NCBI GenBank assembly: GCA_018063105.1 | Contig: JAGOQX010000001.1 | Location: forward strand, 8,551 to 72,550 | DNA: 64,000 bases | Direction of reading: 5' to 3' | From: Patescibacteria group bacterium | Lineage (GTDB): Bacteria; Patescibacteriota; Patescibacteriia; 2-12-FULL-60-25 | In this document: piece by piece, positions 36,363 through 46,141 of the stretch | How positions within the stretch are numbered: the first letter of the stretch is position 1 | Layout: each line of letters opens with the position of its first letter | Translations under genes and position numbers: made by a program | The notes under the pieces: generated by a model | What the model was told of the DNA's origin: nothing | The model's database searches: none | What the model saw: only the letters and a program-made list of their open reading frames with translations

Positions 36363-38234
36363 TCAGATTTTATATTTCGATAGCCATGACGAAAGCGTGA
36401 GCATCATCCACAAACGATTCCCGTGGTCTGCGCCGCGTTGATTTTCAGAAATGAGACGCTGAATCGCCTCAGGCTTCATCACCTTGAGTAACGGGGACGC
36501 AGAATCAAGACAGCGATCATGAATCAATTGGCGGAGTGGTCCGCGAAACCATGCAGCAAGAGGAACTTGAAATCCACGTTTTGGACGATCAAGAACCGCA
36601 TCCGGAACGATGCCCTTCATTGCCCGACGAAATGCGATCTTTGTATGACCATCATGAACCTTTTCAGAAAGCGGAAGACGTAATGCATACGCAGCCAACT
36701 CCTGATCCAAAAACGGAGCACGTGCCTCTAAGCCGAATCGCATGGTCGCACGATCCATTTTTACATTTAAATCATCGGGGAGATACGATGTAAAATCAAA
36801 ATACATTGCCGCATCAAGTTGGGAGGAACCTCCCATCTGTTTCGCGACAAATTTTACTGCATCAGATGAAATCGTTTCGGCTGCAAATGCAGACTGCATA
36901 CAATCAGCTAAACGCTCTGAACCAAAATACGATCCACAAAACATCTCACCATATGCTCCGGACGGATCAGCGAGACGCAACGCGCGAACAACGTCTGACA
37001 TGCGTTCAATGCGAGGATCACGAAGAAGCCGACCCATACGACCTGCGAATGACGATGCAATTGCTCCACCAAACGCCCCTCGAGCTAGCGACATCGCACG
37101 CTCATAATGCGCATACCGGCGATACCCGCCGAATAGCTCGTCACCTCCATCGCCCGTTAGAACCACCTTGATCGATGCGGAGGTTTCTTTTGCCAATAAC
37201 CACAGTGGCAATGCAGATGAATCCGCGAACGGCGCATCGTAGTGCGCCACAAGTTCATCAACGAGCTCTTGCAACTGCTCAGGCCGCGCTTCAAATTCAT
37301 GATGGTCCGTCCCAAATGCGTTTGAAATTTCACGAGCTTCACGACGCTCATCCATGCTCAATTCCGGAAAACCCATCGTAAAGGTTTGCAGTTTTGGATT
37401 ATATTTTGATGCGTACGCAACAACCGCGGCAGAATCAATTCCGCCCGAAAGAAACGCACCAACCGGAACATCTGCGGCAAGCTGACGAATCTTCACTGAC
37501 TCTTCAAACAGCTCACGAATCCGATCATCAATCTGCGTCGATGATTCAGTAGCCATCACTCCTCTTTCCCATTCATGATATTTCTCAACATGCAGCTCCC
37601 CTTCTTTCCAGATCGCAAATGAACCCGGTGGCAACTGCTCAACACCAACAAATCCGGTTTTAGGTGAAGGAACATATTGCAAACCAAGAAATAATCGCAC
37701 GGCTTGCATATCCGGAACCATCGGCACAACGGATGCAAGAGCTTTGAGCTCAGATGCGAAGCGAACATCTCCGTTCAATGATGCATGATAAAACAACGGT
37801 TTTTTTCCAACTCGATCTCGAGCAAGAATCAACGTGCGCTCTTGCGAATCCCAAATCGCAAATGCAAACATGCCGCGCAGATGTTTTACGCAATCCGCAC
37901 CCCACTGACGATATCCTTCTAAAATCACTTCCGTGTCTGACGTTGTTTGAAAATGGCTCCCCTTTTGCTCCAGAACTTTTTTCAAATCTTGAAAATTATA
38001 AATCTCTCCGTTAAACACGATCGTGAATCGACCGGTCACGTCTGTCATCGGTTGATTTCCATTTGGAGACAGATCGATGATCGATAGCCGTCGATGCACA
38101 AGCCCGACACCCGAAGCTCGCCACACACCAGCTGCATCCGGACCACGGTGCGCAATAGCGTCAGACATGCGTCGAAGCAACCCCTCGTCTGAAGGGGCGC
38201 CGTCACGCGTCACAATCCCAGCAATTCCGCACAT
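36363..38234 (-). CDS. Asparagine synthase (glutamine-hydrolysing)-like amidotransferase, paralog 2
   Basis: 623-aa ORF beginning MCGIAGIV (Ntn Cys2). SGGIDSAAV PP-loop. Confidence 0.85.
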   Translation of the reverse strand: MCGIAGIVTRDGAPSDEGLLRRMSDAIAHRGPDAAGVWRASGVGLVHRRLSIIDLSPNGNQPMTDVTGRFTIVFNGEIYNFQDLKKVLEQKGSHFQTTSDTEVILEGYRQWGADCVKHLRGMFAFAIWDSQERTLILARDRVGKKPLFYHASLNGDVRFASELKALASVVPMVPDMQAVRLFLGLQYVPSPKTGFVGVEQLPPGSFAIWKEGELHVEKYHEWERGVMATESSTQIDDRIRELFEESVKIRQLAADVPVGAFLSGGIDSAAVVAYASKYNPKLQTFTMGFPELSMDERREAREISNAFGTDHHEFEARPEQLQELVDELVAHYDAPFADSSALPLWLLAKETSASIKVVLTGDGGDELFGGYRRYAHYERAMSLARGAFGGAIASSFAGRMGRLLRDPRIERMSDVVRALRLADPSGAYGEMFCGSYFGSERLADCMQSAFAAETISSDAVKFVAKQMGGSSQLDAAMYFDFTSYLPDDLNVKMDRATMRFGLEARAPFLDQELAAYALRLPLSEKVHDGHTKIAFRRAMKGIVPDAVLDRPKRGFQVPLAAWFRGPLRQLIHDRCLDSASPLLKVMKPEAIQRLISENQRGADHGNRLWMMLTLSSWLSKYKI

Positions 38235-38305
38235 ATTTTGGGTCTTTGTTCTATACCTGCCTTATGTTAACCTAGAAGGATAGAAGGCGCAAAAAATCAA
38301 CCTAT

Positions 38306-39451
38306 ATGAAACAACGCATCCTCTTACTCGTCACTGTCGCGGATTGGGGCGGAGTTCAATCCTTTTTAACGCATTTCGCTACAGACCTGCTCAAAGAGGG
38401 TCACGAAGTGCTGCTAGCTGCCGGCGGTGAAGGCGAGCTATGGAGTCGAGCAAAAGCGCTCGGGATACCAACGCATCGATTACAGCACGTTGTTCGCGAT
38501 ATTCGTCCGTGGGAAGACATTAAAGGGATTGCTGAAATTCGTGCGCTCATCAAATCATGGAAACCGGATGCTATTGACGTGAACAGTTCAAAGATCGGAA
38601 TCCTGGGCTCAATCGCAAATACTCTTGTCTCGCCTCGGCCGCGCTGCGTTTATCGCATTGGAGGCTGGGTCTTTCTTGAACCCATGTCACCAAGACGAAA
38701 CTGGATGTACAGGACTGCGGAACGCATCACGGCCCCACTGAAAGACATCATCATTACCGTTCATCCAAACGACGAAAAATTAGCACGATCTCTCCATTTT
38801 TCACCTCGAGAGCGCATCATGACCGTTCCAAACGGGTTAGACGTTGCGAACTTCGTCTCACAACTCCAAACAAAACAACAAGCACGTCAGACGCTTGGAC
38901 TCCCGGAACACGCGTTTGTCTATGGGACCGTTGCAAACGCGTACCCACCAAAAGATTTATCAAACTACCTTCGACGCTCAGACCCGATTCTTTCGGAAGA
39001 TCATTCCGCGCATCTCGTCATCATCGGTGAAGGACCTCAATTCAAAGAGCTGCAAGCGACACGCGCCACACTCCCAAACGCTGACCGCATCCATCTAGTC
39101 GGACAACGTACAGATGCTACAGAGCTCTACAGTGCGTTCGACGTATTCGTTCTTCCATCAATCAAAGAAGGTATGCCATGGACTATCCTCGAAGCCATGG
39201 CAGCACGCATTCCTGTAGTTGCCACAGATGTTGGCGCGTGCAAATGGATGCTCACCAGCGAAAAACATGGAAATGCAGGAATCTGCATTCCACCCAATGA
39301 CACGCTTTCACTTCAAGACGCCCTTCGCACACTTCGAAACAACGCAGAGCTTCGTGAGGCGCTTGCTCACGGAGGCCAGTACATGAGTCTTAATCGTTTT
39401 TCTTGGGACATCACCTATCGCGGCAACAGAGACGCACTTCTACCTCGTTAA
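38306..39451 (+). CDS. GT4-family glycosyltransferase
   Basis: 381-aa ORF. LLVTVADWGGVQSF and LPSIKEGMPWTILEAMAARIPVVATDVGACKWML. Confidence 0.85.
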   Translation: MKQRILLLVTVADWGGVQSFLTHFATDLLKEGHEVLLAAGGEGELWSRAKALGIPTHRLQHVVRDIRPWEDIKGIAEIRALIKSWKPDAIDVNSSKIGILGSIANTLVSPRPRCVYRIGGWVFLEPMSPRRNWMYRTAERITAPLKDIIITVHPNDEKLARSLHFSPRERIMTVPNGLDVANFVSQLQTKQQARQTLGLPEHAFVYGTVANAYPPKDLSNYLRRSDPILSEDHSAHLVIIGEGPQFKELQATRATLPNADRIHLVGQRTDATELYSAFDVFVLPSIKEGMPWTILEAMAARIPVVATDVGACKWMLTSEKHGNAGICIPPNDTLSLQDALRTLRNNAELREALAHGGQYMSLNRFSWDITYRGNRDALLPR

Positions 39452-41838
39452 CGTCTTGGCCCCGTACCAGCTGAAGTCGTCGCCGTGATTGTTTGAATCG
39501 GCGCGGCTGACGTCGCTTTTGGTTGTGATGCAATCGCCTGTTTAAAGCTCTCTTCTATTGTTTTTGCGGTTCCATTCTTTAGTCCAATTAAATTGGTGGC
39601 AAATGATGGATCATTACGCACGATCGCACCAAGAATCAAGTTTCGTTCTTCAATCAGATTAAGATGCTCCGCCGCCCGAGCTAACTCTAAAAACAGCTGC
39701 GCACTTCCACCGGATAGTGATGGAATTTTTAAGAGCAATGCCTTAAATCCTTCCGGATCCTTCAGCACATCATACGCACCAGCTAAAGCAACGGCATCTT
39801 GCGTATTTTGTAGTCCATATGCAGAACTCGCATTCGCTGACGCAACCAATTCTTTTGCACCCTCCTCTTTCTTTCCAAAATCATATGCGAGGGTTAATCC
39901 AAGATACCAATGCGCTTCGCCAACATTTGGATTCAATGCCACAGCCTGTTTGTAGAGATCTAACGCCTTCTCCTTATCTCCTTGGAGCAAGTAGAATCGA
40001 GCAAAGCTAAAATACAACTGTTGGCGTTTTGGACTCGTTCGAATTGCTTCCTGATATTGCTCAATAGCCAACGGCTTATCCTCTGGAACAAACTTAGAGA
40101 ATGCATCAAGAAATCGCCCAAAGATAAAATGCGGATGTGTGCTATTTGGATGATCTGCTAAATGCTTGCGAGTAATATTCACAATTAAATCATGCCAAAC
40201 CCGCCAATCCGCAAACTTCTCCATACTTCCGCTGTCTGCTAATGAAATAAGATTGCGGGCCTGTAAAAATGTCTGCTCATCCAGATATGGAGTTGGAATA
40301 GCGGCCGCCTGTTTTGCAAGTACTAACGACTGAGCATACATACCCCCGCCGAAATAGCTATTTGACTGAATACTTAAGACCGATGCTTGAGCAGGCAATA
40401 CCGAATACCTCCAGACAACGATACACATGGCAAATTGCAAAATACCAAATGCAATCCACGGCACCGCCTTTGGCTCGTTTGCATTCAAAGGATTCGCAAC
40501 ACCCTCTTCTTTTATCCCAATAAAATCACCTTTTGTTGCAGCGCTGACAAGAGCATACAAGAAAAAACTCATCGTAAATCCTGCCGGCTGGTCAAATACG
40601 AATAAGTTCTGAACGAAATATGCAATGGGTAAGGCGACAAAAATGCTCATCGTCGGTAAATCGATCCAGTTTTTTCTATACGCTCGATACACGCTAAAAA
40701 ATAAGGCAAAAAATAAACCAAAGAACGTGAGCGCTCCGATAATACCGGTCATGGATAGCGCGTCCATCACCGTATTATGCGAACGATCAAACCATGTTTC
40801 GTAATACCCAAATTCCAAAGATTTGGGATTATATTTTGCGTTAAACAAAATATGATAGTTATCCAATCCCCAACCGGTCATTGGACGCTCAAGGAATCCT
40901 TGCCACGCAATATCCCAAGCTATAAATCGAGTTACGGTTCCGACCTGAAAATTTGTAAAACGGTTCAGTGGTGAATTCGCGACAAAGCTCGTGTTTCGTA
41001 GTGCAAAGATTAATCCGTATAAAATAAATCCAATTGCAGCAACGCCCAGTACAGCTCGTTTTGCTTTTTTATTTGCAGTAAACAATGCATAAACCATCGC
41101 AAAAGCCACAACGCCCACAGCTAAACCAAGAAGCGCACCACGTGATTGTGCTGCGACAAATGCCCCGACATCAATAACAGCCGCGCTCGCCAAAAACATC
41201 TTCATTGACCGAGATGCACCCTTTAACCACAGCCACACAATGAAAAACAGATTAAAAATCTGATACGCAGCCATGTAAATCGGATTATCCAATAATCCAC
41301 CTACACGAGGACCGGCCGGGAACATGAGTAATTTTGGAAATGGGATCTGTAGCAATGAAACACACCCCATGATAACGGACAATGCAACCTCGTAGACCAG
41401 AATCTTTCTCCACTCTTTCCATGTCGTCAGAACTGAGGTCGACATCACGAACCATGCAAAGAAATGCAATAACGTGAACAATCCATTCATACGCTCCTGA
41501 TTCCCCCACCAGGCACGCAATGGATCAATCGCGAATACAACGGATAAGGTCAATGCGATAAAATATGCGAGAACTGCCAACAGAACTGGCGTTGGACGCG
41601 GTCGATACTTTGGCTCAGCCCATGCAAGAATGACGTAGGCAGGAAACGTTAAACCGATGAGAACCTGAAAAAACAACAGCTTTGAAAACACGAACGGAAA
41701 AATAACCTTTGGAACAAAGACGAGAGGCAAGAGCAATCCTCCATAAATCCCAATCAGGGAAATAATGCGCAACCATGAGATAGCTTTTATTCGGTTCATA
41801 GATGATGGATAGGATAACACGGTGTTGAAGGAAGACAA
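39448..41838 (-). CDS. O-antigen ligase/Wzy_C-family polytopic membrane protein with C-terminal TPR domain (candidate glycan ligase / O-oligosaccharyltransferase)
   Basis: 796-aa ORF. About 12 TM helices with a GWGLDNY...RSHNTVMD loop typical of the O-antigen ligase family. About 300 aa of C-terminal TPR-like repeats, e.g. LLQGDKEKALDLYKQAVALNPNVGEAHWYLGLTLAY. Confidence 0.75.
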   Translation of the reverse strand: MSSFNTVLSYPSSMNRIKAISWLRIISLIGIYGGLLLPLVFVPKVIFPFVFSKLLFFQVLIGLTFPAYVILAWAEPKYRPRPTPVLLAVLAYFIALTLSVVFAIDPLRAWWGNQERMNGLFTLLHFFAWFVMSTSVLTTWKEWRKILVYEVALSVIMGCVSLLQIPFPKLLMFPAGPRVGGLLDNPIYMAAYQIFNLFFIVWLWLKGASRSMKMFLASAAVIDVGAFVAAQSRGALLGLAVGVVAFAMVYALFTANKKAKRAVLGVAAIGFILYGLIFALRNTSFVANSPLNRFTNFQVGTVTRFIAWDIAWQGFLERPMTGWGLDNYHILFNAKYNPKSLEFGYYETWFDRSHNTVMDALSMTGIIGALTFFGLFFALFFSVYRAYRKNWIDLPTMSIFVALPIAYFVQNLFVFDQPAGFTMSFFLYALVSAATKGDFIGIKEEGVANPLNANEPKAVPWIAFGILQFAMCIVVWRYSVLPAQASVLSIQSNSYFGGGMYAQSLVLAKQAAAIPTPYLDEQTFLQARNLISLADSGSMEKFADWRVWHDLIVNITRKHLADHPNSTHPHFIFGRFLDAFSKFVPEDKPLAIEQYQEAIRTSPKRQQLYFSFARFYLLQGDKEKALDLYKQAVALNPNVGEAHWYLGLTLAYDFGKKEEGAKELVASANASSAYGLQNTQDAVALAGAYDVLKDPEGFKALLLKIPSLSGGSAQLFLELARAAEHLNLIEERNLILGAIVRNDPSFATNLIGLKNGTAKTIEESFKQAIASQPKATSAAPIQTITATTSAGTGPRR

Positions 41839-41850
41839 ACAGAATTACAA

Positions 41851-41882
41851 AATACCAAAACCCCCAGCAAATGCTGGGGGCT
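41851..41882 (-). terminator. Rho-independent terminator of the surface-protein gene
   Basis: On the minus strand: CCCCCAGC-attt-GCTGGGGG (8-bp GC stem) followed by TTTTGGTATTTT. It begins about 60 nt after the stop at 41944. There is no T-tract on the plus strand. Confidence 0.8.
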
Positions 41883-41943
41883 TGGAACAGTCTAAGCTGT
41901 AGCTCTGATATGGAATCAACCAAAGGCTGAAACCAACATCAAA

Positions 41944-44900
41944 TTACAAGCTGAGGGTCTGTGATTGTGACAAGTCCTGAACGTACAAGTCGTTTGTCCA
42001 GTCGCGGGATCCCGTCTGAGCCACAGGTGAGTGTGGGACTTCTGAGAAATCTGACCAAACGAACGTACCTGTTGCGGAGCCGGTTCCACCTGATGGAGCG
42101 GCTGCCGTATCAATGTTAAATACATTGGCCGTTGCAGTAAGAGCGTTGTAAGCTCCCGTTGCCAAGTAACCAGTCACGACCGGGTTCGTGTTATCACGGT
42201 AGAACGACGTTGTCACGCTCTTGCCAGAGGTAGCGCCTGAAACCGTCGCATGCAACGTGTAAACATTTCCTGATCCGGAGATCGATTCTTCCTGACCAGC
42301 AGCCATTGCTACGACAACGAACACGGCTTGTGCGTCGCCTGTTGCGATGGAACCAGTGATCAAGTTATCTGTCGATGTACCGTTTGTGATCGTGTATAGG
42401 CTTGTATCCATATCCGTTCCGCCGCGGCGTAATCGGAAGTTGGACAATGTAACACCAGCACTCTTTGTCACTTGGAAGATAGCTTGCTTCCAGGCGATTG
42501 AACCTGCGCTGTCAGCAGCAATCTGCCACTTGATCAAGTCTTGATCCGTGTTTGACAATGTTGCTGAAGACAAGGATTGCTTCGTGACGATTGGCATGCT
42601 CTTGCGAAGGACCATGACGTTGCCAGCAGATGAAACTGCGGCGGCGTACAATCGTTCACCAGAAGCGAGACCCGTTGCACGAATGTTCTCCATGCTTGCG
42701 TAGCTTGAGCTCCATTCACCGGTCTGAAGACCGCTCATGAGATCAACAGCTGGGACATGACCCGAGCGAGAAACGCCCGTGTTTGCTCCGCTAACGGAGC
42801 TGGATGCCTGAACAGCTGAAAGTTTTGCCCAAACCTGGAACGTTACTGAGCTGTCCTTCGGAACCGTAATTGGGTTCGCGGAAAGATCAAGGTCCTTCGT
42901 TCCGGTTGCACCGGATGAGAAGAGACCCTCAGCCTTCACTGCACCATTCATAGCAATTGCAACGCCGGCGAAGTCTGCATTATCAGACATCAAACCTGCT
43001 GTTGCGCTTGCTGTTTGAAGAGCGATGCGGTCAAGTGAGATCGCTTCATATTGAGCAGTTGCCTTGTATTGTGCCATTGGGATCCAGGCATCTTTGCCAG
43101 CAACCACAATGTTTGATGCTGGGTGAGCATCAGGAGCAATGGTCAAAGATCCGTTTGCACGCACCGTCTGAATGACGGAAGGGGCCGCACCAGTTGCCTG
43201 GGCTGTGACCGCTGCATCAAGCGATGCTGTAACCGTGTTGGAATCCTGGTCCTGAGCTGAAACATCAGCTGCTTCAGCGATACCAACAGCGATCTGGTCG
43301 TAGTCTGCTGTTGATGAAGCCGTTGAGGAAAGGGTCGCTTTCACTGTCAATGTCTTGGACGTTCCCTTTGGAATGACCAAATTCATGTTTGAGATCTGTG
43401 CCTTACCTGTTGTTGCATCAGGTGACTTGGCAAGACCGACCTGCGTTGCGCCGTCGAACAATGCGAGGGACGTCACGCGATCATCGAAGTTTGTCAAGTT
43501 ACAAGCTGCACCACCGAAGTCTTCACTGTTACAACCGGACGTTACGAGGTCAGCCTGACCTGCAAGCGTCAAACTCGTAACCGTGATGTCTGACTGTGCA
43601 GAAGCTGCGAGCACGAGGCCGGCAACTGGAACATCAGCCTGTTTCTTAACCACCGTTCCGGAAACCGGATTGGAAGCCAAGGAAACCGTCAATGAAGAGG
43701 TCTTGACCGTCAAAGCATTACCCGTGACGTCTGTGTTCGGGACGATCTTGGAAGTTGCCAAGAATTCACCCGTGTCAACAACGCGGACATCGCTTGAGCC
43801 AAAGGCTGCGAAGGCTGCCTTGTATTCACAGAGACCTGTTGATGAGAAGTACGCTGCACCGTCATCTGAACCACTGTACAAATCAGACACCAAAGCCAAG
43901 TTCATTGATTGACCGGCTGAGATGTTGAAAGAATCAGTAAAGGTCAATGTTGCTGTTGTTGCCGAGTCGGCAGCTGACATCTCCAAAGGACCCATCACTG
44001 TTGTGCCCGTGTCCAAATTCTTGACCTTGATGGATCGGAAGTAGTCTACTCCTCCTGCACCAACAACTGTACAACCTGTACCGGCGGTTTTTGTGATGGT
44101 GAAGACCATCTTACGAACCTCCAATGTGTTGTCTGGTGAGGACAAGGCAAATTTGTACAATGGAACGCCCAATTGACCCTTCGCAATGTTTGTTGTTGCT
44201 GGGCCATTGAATGCGTTTGTCAATTGACCACCTTGAGTTGTTACCTCAACGTAGTTCGTTGAAGTTCCATCAAAGTTTGCTGAACCACCTGAACAGCCAG
44301 TGGCTGTGCTGATGATACAGGTCTGTGCGCCTGCTCCGTATACACGATCCATCGCGATCAAATCCGTCGTGTACTCAACGTACGTGCGGATTGTGCGGCT
44401 TGCGCGACCACCAACGTCAGCCTTCAAAGAGAAGTTCTTCGTTGTGCCGTTTGCAATCATGTATGAAGGGCTGAACTTAAGCGTGATGCGGCCATTTGCG
44501 TCGACCGAAGCAGCTGTAGCAACCAATGTTGCGCCCTGGTACAAGTTGAAGTTCGTCAAATCCGAGTTGGTAACGCTACCAGCCTGGTAGAGCGTGACTT
44601 GTTTCACGTCCACATCGTTGGTGTTTGCAACCAATTTGAAGTTTGAGATTTCAACCTGCTTTGAACCGATTGTTGGGTTCGCTGGGGTTGTTCCCTTCTG
44701 GATATCAACGCGAGCAGCTGAGGAAGTTCCAACCGTGAACACGTTTCCGCGTACTGGGAAGGCACCTGAGACCGTCGAGTTACCGCTGACCACGACTGAA
44801 GCCGCGTCAACAAGTTCGAAGGAGTGCTGACCACCTGTGGTCGTCGTGTAGATGTCGCCGTAGACGACAAGTGACAACGTTTGACCAGCAGCGATCGTTT

Positions 44901-45882
44901 GGTTCAAGCCGTTGAATTCAACAACGTTTGTTGCTGCATTGACCGTGCGACCCGTTGTGAGGCGCTTGCCATTTGCATCATACAAGTAGACGTTGGCGAA
45001 ATCGCTGACAGCGCCAACACCAACGCGGTGGAAGCGGACTCCTGTCACCACGACGCTTGCGCTACCTGCGGTCAAGTTGACCTTGGTGAGCTGGACGCCG
45101 GATGAATTCTTAGGAACTGTCATGCCAGCTGGGGTGTCTGATGCCAAAGCAACGGACAACGCACCACCGACAACCGGACCTGCACCCGCCGAGACCGTGT
45201 CAGCCAAAACTGACTCACGACCTGCGACGTCTGAACCGTTTCCGTAGGAAAGGGTTGTGGTGATGACGTTGGCTTTATTCAAACCGTTCGCTGCGAATGC
45301 AGCGTCTGATGAGAACTTGCGCTTCATACCGCCCATGACTACGTACACCGATGAATCACCGGCGTATTGAATCAATGAACCATCCGGGTGGACGTTCGTT
45401 GAAACTGATGAACCAACCGTGTAGTTGACAAAGAAGCCATCGGCAACGTCAACAACGCGGGATGCCCATGCATTACCGTAGAGAGCCTTGGCAACAGCTT
45501 CGGACTCAATCCAGTGAAGGACGCCACCTGGGGTGACGGCATAGGTCTTAGGATCTGTCGTGATCTTCACGAGCTTTGTGCCCGAGCGAAGAGTGACGTT
45601 TCCACCAATCTGAACAGCAGCTAATTCTGCATCCGTAATGGTTTTAACGGAGGAGAAGTCAGCGTACCATGACATGTATGTTTTTTCGTTAGGAAAAACA
45701 TAGCGTTTGCCATCTGCAGCGTAGAAATACACAGCAGGGCCTGAGGCCTTGATCAAATCACCGCCGGAGAGAGTGGCTGCTGACGCAACACTTGGAAGCG
45801 CCAATGAACCAACGCCCACGGACCAAGCAATTGTGGTCAATGTGACGAACACGGAAAAAACCTTTTTAAGAGCTTGTAACAT
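41944..45882 (-). CDS. Large secreted S/T/A/G/V-rich cell-surface (S-layer-like) protein with tandem beta-sandwich-like modules
   Basis: 1312-aa ORF. Signal peptide ...GSLALPSVASA/ATL. N-terminal repeated Y-x-V-x-G-x-K-R-x-F modules. Repeated ...V.V..VTL...G...N..LY.G...V...G...L.F...G.TK.F.LKA units. Only six Cys. Flanked by a 259-nt upstream spacer and its own terminator. Confidence 0.7.
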   Translation of the reverse strand: MLQALKKVFSVFVTLTTIAWSVGVGSLALPSVASAATLSGGDLIKASGPAVYFYAADGKRYVFPNEKTYMSWYADFSSVKTITDAELAAVQIGGNVTLRSGTKLVKITTDPKTYAVTPGGVLHWIESEAVAKALYGNAWASRVVDVADGFFVNYTVGSSVSTNVHPDGSLIQYAGDSSVYVVMGGMKRKFSSDAAFAANGLNKANVITTTLSYGNGSDVAGRESVLADTVSAGAGPVVGGALSVALASDTPAGMTVPKNSSGVQLTKVNLTAGSASVVVTGVRFHRVGVGAVSDFANVYLYDANGKRLTTGRTVNAATNVVEFNGLNQTIAAGQTLSLVVYGDIYTTTTGGQHSFELVDAASVVVSGNSTVSGAFPVRGNVFTVGTSSAARVDIQKGTTPANPTIGSKQVEISNFKLVANTNDVDVKQVTLYQAGSVTNSDLTNFNLYQGATLVATAASVDANGRITLKFSPSYMIANGTTKNFSLKADVGGRASRTIRTYVEYTTDLIAMDRVYGAGAQTCIISTATGCSGGSANFDGTSTNYVEVTTQGGQLTNAFNGPATTNIAKGQLGVPLYKFALSSPDNTLEVRKMVFTITKTAGTGCTVVGAGGVDYFRSIKVKNLDTGTTVMGPLEMSAADSATTATLTFTDSFNISAGQSMNLALVSDLYSGSDDGAAYFSSTGLCEYKAAFAAFGSSDVRVVDTGEFLATSKIVPNTDVTGNALTVKTSSLTVSLASNPVSGTVVKKQADVPVAGLVLAASAQSDITVTSLTLAGQADLVTSGCNSEDFGGAACNLTNFDDRVTSLALFDGATQVGLAKSPDATTGKAQISNMNLVIPKGTSKTLTVKATLSSTASSTADYDQIAVGIAEAADVSAQDQDSNTVTASLDAAVTAQATGAAPSVIQTVRANGSLTIAPDAHPASNIVVAGKDAWIPMAQYKATAQYEAISLDRIALQTASATAGLMSDNADFAGVAIAMNGAVKAEGLFSSGATGTKDLDLSANPITVPKDSSVTFQVWAKLSAVQASSSVSGANTGVSRSGHVPAVDLMSGLQTGEWSSSYASMENIRATGLASGERLYAAAVSSAGNVMVLRKSMPIVTKQSLSSATLSNTDQDLIKWQIAADSAGSIAWKQAIFQVTKSAGVTLSNFRLRRGGTDMDTSLYTITNGTSTDNLITGSIATGDAQAVFVVVAMAAGQEESISGSGNVYTLHATVSGATSGKSVTTSFYRDNTNPVVTGYLATGAYNALTATANVFNIDTAAAPSGGTGSATGTFVWSDFSEVPHSPVAQTGSRDWTNDLYVQDLSQSQTLSL

Positions 45883-46141
45883 AGGAACCCGTATAGGGCT
45901 TTCGAATATAGGACATTACGTCATTCAAAAAATTGAATATCCGCAATGCAATGACTGAATAAAGCGCTTGTCCTCCGGTTCAACACCGGAGCCGACCTTT
46001 GGTTGACAAGCGATTGGCGAGGATGTTCAAACGAGCGGGCAAAAGATGATCTGTAAAGATCTGTATCCCCCGCCCGTCAGGATGACCGTCCCGGTGTATA
46101 TTGGGACACTCACCCTGCAAGACCGGGATACGGTCTGCGAC

